From an uncultured delta proteobacterium (GTDB lineage Bacteria > Desulfobacterota > Desulfobaccia > Desulfobaccales > 0-14-0-80-60-11): DNA of 64,000 nucleotides. The stretch lies in NCBI GenBank assembly GCA_963812015.1, contig CAWETI010000003.1, forward strand, positions 896,001 to 960,000, in the 5' to 3' direction. Position 1 is the first letter of the stretch. Every line of letters begins with the position of its first letter. This document shows positions 28,821-38,449 of the stretch, piece after piece. The notes below the pieces were generated by a model. The model did no database searches and was not told the DNA's origin. It saw only the letters and a program-made list of their open reading frames with translations. A program made the position numbers and the translations under genes.

Positions 28821-29743
28821 GCCTTTTCTCCTCCAATCAAGAGGTAGAGCATGGCCATGCGCACCGCCACGCCGTTGGTCACCTGTTCCAGGATGACGGA
28901 ATGGGGGCCGTCGGCCACCTCGGGAGAGATCTCCACCCCCCGGTTGAGGGGGCCGGGATGCATGATGATCACGTCGGGTTGGGCCAGCTCCAGGTGCCGG
29001 GGGGCCAGGCCGAAGTAGCGGCTGTATTCCCTCAAGGTGGAGAGAAACATCTGGCCCATGCGTTCCAGTTGCAGTCGAAGCATCATGATGACGTCGGCGC
29101 CGGCCACCGCCTCCTCCAGGGAGCAGGTGACTTTGGCGCCCAGAGATTCAAGCTGGGGCGGCAGCATGGTGGCCGGGCCCGCCACGGTGACCTGGGAACC
29201 CATCTTGGTAAAGGCCTGGATGTCGGAGCGGGCCACCCGGGAGTGGGCGATATCGCCGATGATGGCTATCTTTAAGCCGGAGAGTTTGCCTTTGGCTTCT
29301 TCAACGGTGAGGAGGTCCAGGAGGGCCTGGGTGGGGTGCTCATGGAGGCCGTCGCCGGCATTGATGACGCCGCATTTAAGACGCCGGGCCAGGAAATGGG
29401 GGGCGCCGCTGGCGGGATGGCGAATCACCAGGAGGTCCGGCTGCATGGCCTCGAGATTGTGGGCGGTGTCCATCAGGGTTTCGCCCTTGACGGCGCTGGA
29501 AGCCGCCACCGTCAGGTTGAGGGTGTCGGCGCTGAGGCGCTTGGCCGCGATCTCGAAGGACATCCGGGTCCGGGTGCTGGGCTCGTAGAAGACCGTCACC
29601 ACGGTCTTGCCCCTGAGGGTGGGGACCTTTTTGATGGGGCGGACCGAAATCTCTTTTAAGGACGAAGCGGTATCCAGGATGTGGCGAATCTCTTCGGGGG
29701 CCAGATCCGCGATACCCAACAGGTCCTTCCGGCGGAATTCCAT
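28817..29743 (-). CDS. pyrB: Aspartate carbamoyltransferase catalytic subunit
   Basis: [30 protein letters not shown]. Confidence 0.97.
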   Translation of the reverse strand: MEFRRKDLLGIADLAPEEIRHILDTASSLKEISVRPIKKVPTLRGKTVVTVFYEPSTRTRMSFEIAAKRLSADTLNLTVAASSAVKGETLMDTAHNLEAMQPDLLVIRHPASGAPHFLARRLKCGVINAGDGLHEHPTQALLDLLTVEEAKGKLSGLKIAIIGDIAHSRVARSDIQAFTKMGSQVTVAGPATMLPPQLESLGAKVTCSLEEAVAGADVIMMLRLQLERMGQMFLSTLREYSRYFGLAPRHLELAQPDVIIMHPGPLNRGVEISPEVADGPHSVILEQVTNGVAVRMAMLYLLIGGEKA

Positions 29744-29969
29744 AGTGGGACCTTCCTCACGTCAGGGGGGAGGGTAGGGGAGTCCCCGGCCTCGCCCATC
29801 CAGGTTGAGTGTTCACGCTGCCCGACTGTCAACCCGTGCCGCCGCCACCGGGGCCTGAGGCTGAGGTTGCCGCCCCGGAATGATCCGGCCAGGGGGCAGA
29901 TTCCTGGGGGCACTGATTGAGGCTCGCCGGGAACCTGCAGGGGCGCGGTCAGGCCCTCCAGGCCGTGGC

Positions 29970-30003
29970 AAAAAAAAACCTCCTTGGTCTGAAAGGAGGT
30001 TTG
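29970..30003 (-). terminator. Rho-independent terminator upstream of pyrB
   Basis: Minus strand AAACCTCCTT-tcagacc-AAGGAGGTTTTTTTT. Confidence 0.65.
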
Positions 30004-30287
30004 GGGTGGATTTTCTTGAAATTCGATTCATAGGGACAGCCTTTCTGGCATCGTTATTTTAGTACCATTACCCACGGCTAAATTCAAGGATATTTTCCAC
30101 CCCCTTCCCCGGGGGGAGAGTTGACAGGGGGCCAACCAGGACTTATATGTGAAATAAAGAATTAGCAACGGCCAAGCAGATTTATGTCGTATTAACGGCA
30201 GGTTGTCATTAGAGTGCCGACCGGTTGATTGGTCGGGCCAATTAATCATAAGCCCATAATTTCACCTGAGTGAGGAGGAAGCGTTAG

Positions 30288-30740
30288 ATGGCTAATGAAC
30301 TCATGGAATGGCGGCCGTTTCGGGAAGTCTCCCGCCTCCGGCGGGAAATGGATCGTCTCTGGGAGGATTACTTCGGATCCGGCAGGCGGGGTTTTCAGCC
30401 GCTGCAAGGGGAATTCGCCCCCGCGGTGGACGTCAAGGAAACGGCTGACCAGATCGTGGTGAAGGCCGAGGTTCCCGGGATTGATGCCAAGGACATCAAT
30501 ATCTCGGTTACGGGTGACGTGCTCACCATCAAGGGCGAAAAAAAGTCGGAACGGGAAGAAAAAGAGGAGAACTATCACGTGGTGGAGCGCAGCTACGGCT
30601 CCTTCTCCCGTTCCCTGACCCTGCCGGCCGCGGCGGACCTGGATAAAATCGAGGCCAAGTACGATAAAGGGGTGTTGACCGTCACCTGTCCCAAGAAAGA
30701 AGAGGTCAAACCCAGGTCCATCGAAATCAAGACGGCCTAG
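30288..30740 (+). CDS. Small heat shock protein Hsp20
   Basis: PAVDVKE, AEVPG, ERSYGSFSR, AKYDKGVL. Confidence 0.95.
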   Translation: MANELMEWRPFREVSRLRREMDRLWEDYFGSGRRGFQPLQGEFAPAVDVKETADQIVVKAEVPGIDAKDINISVTGDVLTIKGEKKSEREEKEENYHVVERSYGSFSRSLTLPAAADLDKIEAKYDKGVLTVTCPKKEEVKPRSIEIKTA

Positions 30741-30905
30741 CCGTTCTGAGGCCCCAGGCCTCACCGGTTCCCCCATCCTGGCCGCGCCAGCCTCACGGGG
30801 CGGAAGGGGTGGGGGACTTGTGTTTCTGAGGTTTTGCGTTTAAGATGCCTCTTTACTGAGGGAGAGCCTAAGCCTCAACCATCTTCGCAGGCAAAGGAAG
30901 CCGTT

Positions 30906-31355
30906 ATGAGCACCGAACTGGAATCCGTCATCAAAAGCGCCATCGCCCAGGAAGAATTGTCCCATGATTTCTATAAACGCCTGGCCGGCCTGGTGAGCCA
31001 TCCGGAAACGAAAAACACCTTGGAATATCTGGCCAAGGAAGAATTGGAGCATAAGGCCTTTCTCCAGAGCTGCTTTAGCGCCCAAGGGTGCACCCTGATG
31101 GGGGAAGCCCAGAACGTTCACCTGGCGGAAATGCTGCAAGCCCCGGCCATCAGCGCCGAGATGTCCCCCAAGGAAGCCCTGGCCATCGCGGCGAAGCGGG
31201 AGGAGGGGTCATACCACTTCTATCAGGCCCTGGCCGCACTCCAACCGCCGGGGGATATCCAGGCTTTTTTGGAAAAGATGGCCAAGGTGGAACTGGCCCA
31301 CAAGGAAAAGGTGGAATACCTCTACGATAACGCCGCCTTTCCCGAAGTGTGGTAG
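30906..31355 (+). CDS. Rubrerythrin/ferritin-like protein
   Basis: Repeated AI..EE...FY..LA and EELEH / VELAH motifs. Confidence 0.85.
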   Translation: MSTELESVIKSAIAQEELSHDFYKRLAGLVSHPETKNTLEYLAKEELEHKAFLQSCFSAQGCTLMGEAQNVHLAEMLQAPAISAEMSPKEALAIAAKREEGSYHFYQALAALQPPGDIQAFLEKMAKVELAHKEKVEYLYDNAAFPEVW

Positions 31356-31975
31356 CGGCTCCCGTGAGGGCGACGGGCGTGCTCCTGGCCCTGGAAGGCA
31401 TTGACGGCTCCGGGAAGAGCACCCAGGCGGACCTTCTGGCCGGGGCCGTGAAGCGTTTGGGGGCGGAAGTGGTGCTGACCCGGGAGCCCACTTCAGGCCC
31501 CGCCGGGCAAAGGTTGCGCCGTTACCTGTCGGGACTCGCCCGGCACCTGAGCCCCGCGCTGGAGCTGGCGCAGTTCGTCGCCGACCGCCGGGAGCACGTG
31601 GCGAAGGTCATCGGCCCCGCCCTGGCGGCGGGTCGGGTGGTAATCACCGACCGCTACTATTATTCCTCGGTGGCTTATCAGGGGGCCCTGGGGCTGGATG
31701 CGGCCCGCATCCTGGCATTGAATGAATCCTTCGCCCCCCGACCCCGCCTGGTGTTCATCCTCACCCTGCCGCCGGAGGCGGCCGTGGCCCGCCTGTTGCG
31801 AAGCCCCGGGCGGCGCCGCCAGGTGAGCGAAGGGCGGGACTACCTGGAGCAGGTTGCGGCCATCTACGCCTCCCTGACCGGTCCCCATATCCACCGGGTG
31901 GACGCCGGGGCGGCCCCCGAGGCCATCCACGCCACCCTCCTGGCCATCACCCTAAAAGCCCTGGAATCCCAGTGA
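31349..31975 (+). CDS. tmk: Thymidylate kinase
   Basis: EGIDGSGKST, TREP, DRYYYSSVAYQG. Confidence 0.93.
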   Translation: MVAAPVRATGVLLALEGIDGSGKSTQADLLAGAVKRLGAEVVLTREPTSGPAGQRLRRYLSGLARHLSPALELAQFVADRREHVAKVIGPALAAGRVVITDRYYYSSVAYQGALGLDAARILALNESFAPRPRLVFILTLPPEAAVARLLRSPGRRRQVSEGRDYLEQVAAIYASLTGPHIHRVDAGAAPEAIHATLLAITLKALESQ

Positions 31976-32166
31976 GCGGCGGGGAAATATCCCCGGGGAC
32001 GCCTGGCGGGATGGGACCGGCTGGCGCGGCGCGCCGGGGCCTTGCCGCCAGAAGGGGTAGGACTGCGGGTTGCCCCGGGAAACCGGTGACTAGGGAGGTT
32101 AAGGCGGGGCCGGCCGGGAATCGGACCGGCTCCGGTTTAGTTTGACGGCTTTCCGGGGCGCGGTTC

Positions 32167-32195
32167 TTGACAAGTCTCTCCTCATTGGTTAATAA
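32167..32195 (+). promoter_or_regulatory. Sigma70 promoter of the tRNA pair
   Basis: TTGACA-N17-TAATAA. Confidence 0.65.
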
Positions 32196-32205
32196 TAATC
32201 CGTTC

Positions 32206-32278
32206 GGGCCGTTAACTCAGTCGGTAGAGTATCTGCCTTTTAAGCAGAGAGTCGTTGGTTCGAATCCAACACGGCCCA
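32206..32278 (+). tRNA. tRNA-Lys(TTT)
   Basis: Cloverleaf GGGCCGT...CTTTTAA loop...GTTCGAATC...ACGGCCCA; CCA not encoded. Confidence 0.95.
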
Positions 32279-32286
32279 TAAAAAAC

Positions 32287-32364
32287 GTCCCCATCGTCTA
32301 GCCTGGTCCAGGACACCGGCCTTTCACGCCGGCGACCGGGGTTCAAATCCCCGTGGGGACGCCA
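32287..32364 (+). tRNA. tRNA-Glu(TTC)
   Basis: GTCCCCA...CTTTCAC loop...GTTCAAATC...TGGGGACGCCA. Confidence 0.95.
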
Positions 32365-32373
32365 AATGAAATC

Positions 32374-32408
32374 AAAGGGTTAGCCAAAATGGGCTAACCC
32401 TTCTTTTT
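32374..32408 (+). terminator. Terminator after tRNA-Glu
   Basis: AAGGGTTAGCC-aaaatg-GGCTAACCCTT followed by T-rich tail. Confidence 0.75.
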
Positions 32409-32525
32409 CATTTTCCCCGCTATTTTCCACCTTCCACCGGAATATGGGCTTTTCCCCTGGTTAGAGTACGGATGGTCGAATCCCCGCGGTTTCTTGTCGA
32501 CTTATGCCCCAGAACCCCAAGCCAT

Positions 32526-32719
32526 TGTTGCAATATCCAACAATAAATTACTTATAAAAATTAGTAAGTTAACCATTTCGCCGATTATTTGTGGTATTAT
32601 TAGACATAAGTTCAGCTCCATGGCGGGGTAAGATGTGCCGCCCTGAGGACATGGATGGGTTTTATATAAGTTATTTCAAATATATATGGCTCAGGCCCGG
32701 AGCTGGCACATCCCTTGCT
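32526..32719 (+). promoter_or_regulatory. Sigma54 promoter with two TGT-N11-ACA enhancer sites
   Basis: TGGCAC-ATCCC-TTGCT at 32704-32719; sites at 32526-32542 and 32590-32606. Confidence 0.75.
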
Positions 32720-32849
32720 TTACGGCTAGATGGGCATAAAAGGCTTAGTGGGCCGCTTTTGGGTCATCCCTCTCCGCCTCGGATGTGGCATGCGGCCGCA
32801 ACCTGGGAGGCGTTGGGGGCAAGCCTGTTGCCGCATCCAGGTCAGGAAA

Positions 32850-33025
32850 ATCTTGCCAAGGTGTTCCGGCGGTGGGACAGTTATGCAGGGCTTCCTGGAT
32901 ATTGTCCGGATCAGCGCTGATTGATGACGATGGTGTAACCCTCTCTTGCGTAGATTTCGTTTATTTCGTTGAACCTCAAGACCTCCGGGCAAATCTCCAG
33001 ACAAGAGCCCCGGGCCATGCCTTCG
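32850..33025 (-). pseudogene. Degenerate single-cluster ferredoxin gene
   Basis: EGMARGSCLEICPEV... then frameshift to ADPDNIQEALHNCPT...WQD. Confidence 0.55.
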
Positions 33026-33062
33026 GAGGAAAAGCCGTTCAACTCCTTTCCGGGAGTTCTTT

Positions 33063-35357
33063 ATGAGTCCTGGCAAACAGCTCTATCATTTAGGTATTGT
33101 GGGGGCAGGCCGGCAAGGCATGGCCATCCTGGAGGCCTTGGTTCCTCCTCGGCGAGATGATCAAGCCTTGCAGGTGGTGGGGGTGGCGGATCTGAACCCG
33201 GAAGCTCCCGGTATTATCTATGCCTACCGGCATAATCTCTTTGTGACGGTCAATTTTGATGATTTACTGCAACTGCCTGCATTAGACATCGTCGTCAACG
33301 CCACCGGCCGCCCGGAAGTTTCTCACCAATTGCAAGAGCATCGACCTGAGGGGTTAATAGTCCTCAGTGTCGATCGCCCCTATTCTTGGGAGGACTTCTG
33401 GGACCTCATTTCTATGGATCTCTCTCCGATCCAAGAAGTTGGCCCCTTGAAAATCGGCATTGTGGGGGGAGGCAAAGGAGGTCATGAGGTTCTCCAGCTC
33501 ATAGCCGGAGATCAGCGTTACCGGCGAAAATTTGAAATCCTCGGGGTAGCTGATCCTAATCCCCAGGCCCAGGGCATGATCCTGGCAAAAAGTTTGGGTA
33601 TTCCGACCTTTCACAAATGCACGCTCCTCCTGAAGGAAAAACCGGACCTGATCTTGGAACTCACCGGGGACCCGGAAGTGCGGGAAAGAATCATCCAGCA
33701 AAAGGACCCCCATACCCAGATTATCGACCACACCAAGGCCCGGCTCTTTTGGGATCTCTTATACCGAGAGGAGGACCGGCTGCGCAGCAAGGTGGAGAGC
33801 GAAATCAGATTAGCCGGCCAGCGCAATCGTTTCCAAAGCATTTTCGATCACTTGCCTGATCCGGTGCTCGTGATCAAACCTAACTACCTGGTGGAGGAGG
33901 CCAACCGCACCTTTCTCAACCGCTTTCAGAAAAGTGGGGCAGAAGTCATTGGGAGACCCTGTTTTGAGGTATTTCATCAGTTTGATAGGCCTTGCGATAG
34001 CAAAGGCCTGGCCTGTCCCTTGCCGAGCGTCCTGGAGAAATCTGAGGCGCTCCAAGTTTTACAGCGCTACGTAGATACCGATGGCACGATGCGCTATGAC
34101 GAAATTACTATGTCGCCTCTGTGTCCGCCGGAAGGGACCCGAAAGCGGGTAATCGAAGTCATCAAGGATATCACCCCCCGCAAGCAGCTCGAAGAGGCGC
34201 TGCAGGGTTCGGAAGAAAAAACCCGGCAGCTGCTCCGACAGACGAATAAGAGCAAAGCCTTTTTGGAGACGATCGTCAATGGCATTGAAGATCACATGAT
34301 GGTGATCGATCTTGATTACCGCATTATCGAGGTCAATCGGGCCTTGTTGGAAATGGTGGGGTTGAATCGGAAAGACGTGGTGGGCAAGCACTGTTATGAG
34401 GTATCGCACCATCTGGAGAAGCCGTGCGCCAGTCCCGATCACCCGTGTCCCTTGAAAGACGCGGTGGCCACGGGCAAGGCGGCCTCCGCCACCCATGTGC
34501 ACTTCGACAAGGACAGCCGGGAGCATTACATTCACGTGGTCTGTCACCCGTTGTTTGACGAGCAAGGATGGGTCCACCGAGTGATTGACTTGTCCCGGGA
34601 CATCACCGAGGAAATCACTGATCGCACCCGGGTGCTGCACGATGACAAAATGACGTCTTTGGGAAAATTGTCCGCCAGCGTGGTGCACGAGATCAACAAC
34701 CCGCTGACCGGCATCCTCAACTTCACCAAATTGGCGCAACGCATACTGGGCAAGGAGGCCACCGGCGACGAAGAATTGGGTAAGATACGTAATTATCTCG
34801 ATATGATCTACAACGAGACCTCCCGAGTCAGTCGCACGGTGTCCAACCTGCTGGCCTTTTCCCACAAGACCAGGCCGGAATCCAAGCCGGTGGATCTCAA
34901 TGCAGTGCTGGCGGAGACCGTATCACTGACCGAGTACCAGATGCGGCTGCAGGGGATCACGGTGGAACGCCAATTGGCTTCGGATCTGCTCCCGGTCATG
35001 GCGGATGAGGGAGCTCTGAAACAGGTTTTTTTGAATCTCGTGTTGAATGCCACAGACGCCATGCCGAAGGGTGGGACTCTGACCTTGACGACCAAGAATT
35101 CCCGGGGCCGAGAAGTGGTGGTACAGGTTTCCGACACGGGGGTGGGCATCCCCAAGGATTGTTTTTCCCAGATATTCGAACCCTTCTATACCACCAAGAA
35201 GGCCGGCTCCGGGGTGGGGCTGGGGCTCTCCGTGGTGTACGGGATCGTCCGGGACCACAAGGGCAACATCAAAGTGGACAGCGTCGTGGGGCAGGGGACC
35301 ACATTCACTATCCGTCTGCCGGCCTTTAAACCGTTAGAGGAGCCTGCCGCCACTTGA
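33063..35357 (+). CDS. Cytoplasmic histidine kinase: two Rossmann-like domains, two Cys-rich PAS, HisKA/HATPase
   Basis: GIVGAGRQG and GIVGGGKGG; PAS with CFEVFH...PC...CP; HEINNPL, NLVLNA, DTGVG, FEPFYTTK, GVGLGL. Confidence 0.9.
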   Translation: MSPGKQLYHLGIVGAGRQGMAILEALVPPRRDDQALQVVGVADLNPEAPGIIYAYRHNLFVTVNFDDLLQLPALDIVVNATGRPEVSHQLQEHRPEGLIVLSVDRPYSWEDFWDLISMDLSPIQEVGPLKIGIVGGGKGGHEVLQLIAGDQRYRRKFEILGVADPNPQAQGMILAKSLGIPTFHKCTLLLKEKPDLILELTGDPEVRERIIQQKDPHTQIIDHTKARLFWDLLYREEDRLRSKVESEIRLAGQRNRFQSIFDHLPDPVLVIKPNYLVEEANRTFLNRFQKSGAEVIGRPCFEVFHQFDRPCDSKGLACPLPSVLEKSEALQVLQRYVDTDGTMRYDEITMSPLCPPEGTRKRVIEVIKDITPRKQLEEALQGSEEKTRQLLRQTNKSKAFLETIVNGIEDHMMVIDLDYRIIEVNRALLEMVGLNRKDVVGKHCYEVSHHLEKPCASPDHPCPLKDAVATGKAASATHVHFDKDSREHYIHVVCHPLFDEQGWVHRVIDLSRDITEEITDRTRVLHDDKMTSLGKLSASVVHEINNPLTGILNFTKLAQRILGKEATGDEELGKIRNYLDMIYNETSRVSRTVSNLLAFSHKTRPESKPVDLNAVLAETVSLTEYQMRLQGITVERQLASDLLPVMADEGALKQVFLNLVLNATDAMPKGGTLTLTTKNSRGREVVVQVSDTGVGIPKDCFSQIFEPFYTTKKAGSGVGLGLSVVYGIVRDHKGNIKVDSVVGQGTTFTIRLPAFKPLEEPAAT

Positions 35358-35442
35358 GAAGATTAAGATCCTGGGGGTGGATGACGAGCTCAGCAGCCGC
35401 GCATCTTTAAGCGGCTGGCGGTCTCATGGGTATTCCCGCTAG
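35345..35442 (+). pseudogene. Truncated response regulator (receiver N-terminus only)
   Basis: LEKIKILGVDDELSSRASLSGW...GYSR* directly after the kinase. Confidence 0.6.
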
Positions 35443-35536
35443 CCGGGAAAAATTGGGCCGGAAGGTTTTGGCGTTTTGCGACCATCGCCAAATCCTTCCG
35501 GCCGATTACTGAGTGGTTTAGGGGAGAGTGGCCGGC

Positions 35537-38449
35537 TCAGGCGGACCGGAGAAACTCCTTAACCAAGAGCTCCCATCCCAATTTGGGGTAGTGACCGTAG
35601 ACGTCATCGATGATCGTGCCGCCGGATTGGAGGGTGGCGCCCACCGAGGGTTCCAGCATCGCGACCAGCCTGTTGGATTCATCTTCGATCCAGGCAAGGT
35701 TGTCCTCGCCCAAGGCCAGGTTTTCCAGGTCCGGCTGCAGATTGGTGGAGGCGATGACCATCAGCCAGCCGTCGCCGTAAGGGTCGTCATGGGCCAGCCC
35801 CGCTCTTTTCAGGACCTTGGGATTCACCGCTTCGACGATGCCATCCAGAGGCGCCAGGACCGCCGCCTGGTTGCCCCGGCGGGTTAGCGTCAGGGCCACC
35901 TCTTCACGGCGAATTTCCTGCCCGATTTCAGGCAGCCTGATTGCATCGGCGCGGCCCAGGAGCTTCTGGGAAAAGTCATCCAGGCCGATGCGCACCCGAC
36001 CGCCCTGCTCCAAGGACACCCAGGTATGACCCCGGTGGAGGTAGCTGGAAGTCGGCACCTTAAAGCCGAAGACTTCCTGAAGCTGACCGACTAACTTACC
36101 GAAATTAACGGCGCACCCCTGGTATTCCGGCAGCTTGGTGATGGGGTCCAGAACCGCACTGATGAGCCGGTTAACCGGGTCGTCCAGGAAGTGCATGGGA
36201 ATGAAGGCCGTGCCCGGCCTGACCCGATCGGTCAACAGGGCTTTGGCCGCGAGGGTTCCCCGGCGGCTGCTGGTCCTGATTAGTTCTCCAGGTTGAATTC
36301 CCCGTTGCCGGGCATCGTGGGGATTGATTTCGATGAAGACATCCAGGTTTTCATGGTAGAGGGAGGGGTAGCGGTGGGTCATGGTGCCGGTGGTCAGCCA
36401 GAAAGGATATTCCGCATCCGGTTCAGCAGCCGGGCGGCTGAGGTTGGCGACCAACTGATCAACCGCGTTTAAAAAGTCCCCGGGGGCATTGGCGGCCAAG
36501 GACTGAAAGAGGAGGCGGTTGGGATCAATGCCGGCTTCGGCCAGAAGCTCCTGCACCTGCTCCACCCGCCACTGGGCGCACAGGTTGCCGTGGGAAGATT
36601 TGCAGTTGTCTTGGGGGCATGAAAGGACCAGCACGCCATCGGCGCCGGAGTTAAAGGCCTGGAGCAAATAATCCACGTCAACCTTGCCGGCACAGGGCAT
36701 TTTTACGGGGGTGAAGCCCAGGGGCAGGGCGGCATAATTGAGCTTCAAGGCGGTTTGATAGGCCTCCCAGGCGGAGTTGCGGCACATGAAGGCCACGATC
36801 CGGGGGCTTAATTCGGGGTTCAAGGCCCCAAAGAGAGCAGTCATTTGCTCGTCGGTGCAATTCCGGATCTGAATGGCCTCATTGGGACACTGGCTGGCGC
36901 AAATGCCGCAGCCCTGGCAGGCCAGCTCATTAATAAAGGCCCGATTGTCCCAGGTTATGGCGCCGTGAGGACAGAGGCGGTGGCAGGTCAGGCAGAGCAC
37001 GCACCGGCCACGGTCCACCACGGCCCGCCCCTGGGGCGCGACAGCCTGGCCCTGGCCCAAGAGGCCCTGAATCTCATTGACTGCAACACTTATATCAGTG
37101 CCGGTCTCTTCCCGGCCCATGATCCCCCGGCCTGGCCCGACGACATAAATGCCCCGTCGGGTGGTGGACACCGGGATATGGTGGACATTGTCAGACTGGA
37201 GGAAACCCCTGGAGCCTAAGGGCAGGCGGAGCAATTCGGCCAGCTCGGCGTTTTCGGCGGCGGCCTGGTATTGTTCCTCATAAACTGCCAGGTCAACTGC
37301 CAGGCTCAGTTCCTCGCGCATCGTCGGCTCGAAGAAGGTTACCCGCAGACCTTCGCCCTTGACGCTGACGGTGGGGCATTCTCTCAGTTTGAAGAGCAGC
37401 ATGCCGGCCTCCTGGTTGGCCCGCATGGCCCGCTCCAGGCCCGGGCCCGCCAGCTTGGCGTTACCCACCAACAGGTAAACCCGGCTGCCGACCTCCAGCA
37501 GACGGGACGCCGCCCTCAAGGCCCGACCTAGGGCCAGGGGATTGCTCTCCCCGTCCAGGCCCACCAGGATAGCCGCGGTTTCTGGAATTTTCTGTCCGGA
37601 ACCGCCGGCCAGAAGCTCTTCAACCCAGGTTTGGGATACCACTCCCGGATATTTTGAGGCGTCGTCACTGGGGAGGGCGTCTCGCAGATGCAACTCAGGG
37701 GCCAGAAGCACCGCGCCCACCGGCTCGGTCAAAGGTCCTTGGGGCGTATCCAGCCGCAGGGTGAAATTGCCGGTGGCGCCGTCAAAACCACTCAGCTTGG
37801 CGGCAAAAACCGTGCTAATGAGGCGATGTCCCTGGACCTGCCGGACAAGCCGGGCGGCAGAGTCGGACTCAGCCGCGTCCCCGGCATCCACCAAGGCGAG
37901 GGGCTTGAGCTCAGGGTTGGGGCTTGCCAAAATAACCGGGTAGCCCAACTGCGCCAATTGCCAGGCGGCTTCCAGACCGGCCGAGGAATCCCCCCAGACC
38001 AGAACTTGACGGCTGACGGGGATAGCTTGAGGGACAATGGGCCAGGCCCGGGTGACTTGCGAGGCCGCCAGGCGAATCATTTCCAGGCCTTTGGCGGTCC
38101 GGGAGGGTTGGTCCGGGTGTTCCAGGGCGGCGGTCAGGTCCACGAGCTTAAGGCGTTCCGGATTCAGCCCCAGCTCGCCCGTTAACAGGCGGGCCATCCC
38201 GGCCCCCCGATACTCCGGGTCTTTGGCCACCAGGACCACCGGATTGATCTCCTGGTCCTGGCTGAGGAAGGTGCGCACCCGCTCCTCTTGCTGGGCAGTC
38301 GGCAGGGCCGGATCCGCCAGCAACACCCGGCAGTTCGGCAGGTCCGCCACCGCCCGGGAAAAGTCCTGGGGATCAAGTCCCGCCAGGCCCAACTCCGGGC
38401 CATGCATCACCAAAACATTCAGCGGTTTCGCAGGAAGGGATAGATTCAC
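35537..38449 (-). CDS. Fusion: degenerate HdrA-like + 2x[4Fe-4S] + MvhD + molybdopterin-dinucleotide-binding domain + GcvH-like domain
   Basis: CVLCLTCHRLCP/CQGCGICASQCP; FMC..PCAGK..SCPQDNC; YPFWLTTG..EINPHDA..PMHF..PEYQGCAV; HRGHTW..RIGLDDF..APLDG..DPYGDGW; GTG start overlaps upstream TGA. Confidence 0.85.
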   Translation of the reverse strand: MNLSLPAKPLNVLVMHGPELGLAGLDPQDFSRAVADLPNCRVLLADPALPTAQQEERVRTFLSQDQEINPVVLVAKDPEYRGAGMARLLTGELGLNPERLKLVDLTAALEHPDQPSRTAKGLEMIRLAASQVTRAWPIVPQAIPVSRQVLVWGDSSAGLEAAWQLAQLGYPVILASPNPELKPLALVDAGDAAESDSAARLVRQVQGHRLISTVFAAKLSGFDGATGNFTLRLDTPQGPLTEPVGAVLLAPELHLRDALPSDDASKYPGVVSQTWVEELLAGGSGQKIPETAAILVGLDGESNPLALGRALRAASRLLEVGSRVYLLVGNAKLAGPGLERAMRANQEAGMLLFKLRECPTVSVKGEGLRVTFFEPTMREELSLAVDLAVYEEQYQAAAENAELAELLRLPLGSRGFLQSDNVHHIPVSTTRRGIYVVGPGRGIMGREETGTDISVAVNEIQGLLGQGQAVAPQGRAVVDRGRCVLCLTCHRLCPHGAITWDNRAFINELACQGCGICASQCPNEAIQIRNCTDEQMTALFGALNPELSPRIVAFMCRNSAWEAYQTALKLNYAALPLGFTPVKMPCAGKVDVDYLLQAFNSGADGVLVLSCPQDNCKSSHGNLCAQWRVEQVQELLAEAGIDPNRLLFQSLAANAPGDFLNAVDQLVANLSRPAAEPDAEYPFWLTTGTMTHRYPSLYHENLDVFIEINPHDARQRGIQPGELIRTSSRRGTLAAKALLTDRVRPGTAFIPMHFLDDPVNRLISAVLDPITKLPEYQGCAVNFGKLVGQLQEVFGFKVPTSSYLHRGHTWVSLEQGGRVRIGLDDFSQKLLGRADAIRLPEIGQEIRREEVALTLTRRGNQAAVLAPLDGIVEAVNPKVLKRAGLAHDDPYGDGWLMVIASTNLQPDLENLALGEDNLAWIEDESNRLVAMLEPSVGATLQSGGTIIDDVYGHYPKLGWELLVKEFLRSA

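Noticed and set aside
30160..30222. CIRCE element before hsp20
   Set aside because: Only a GAGTGCCGA half-site; no matching left arm at 9-bp spacing
32287..32410. tRNA-Glu as integration site for the hdr-met region
   Set aside because: No duplicated tRNA 3' end or integrase seen downstream
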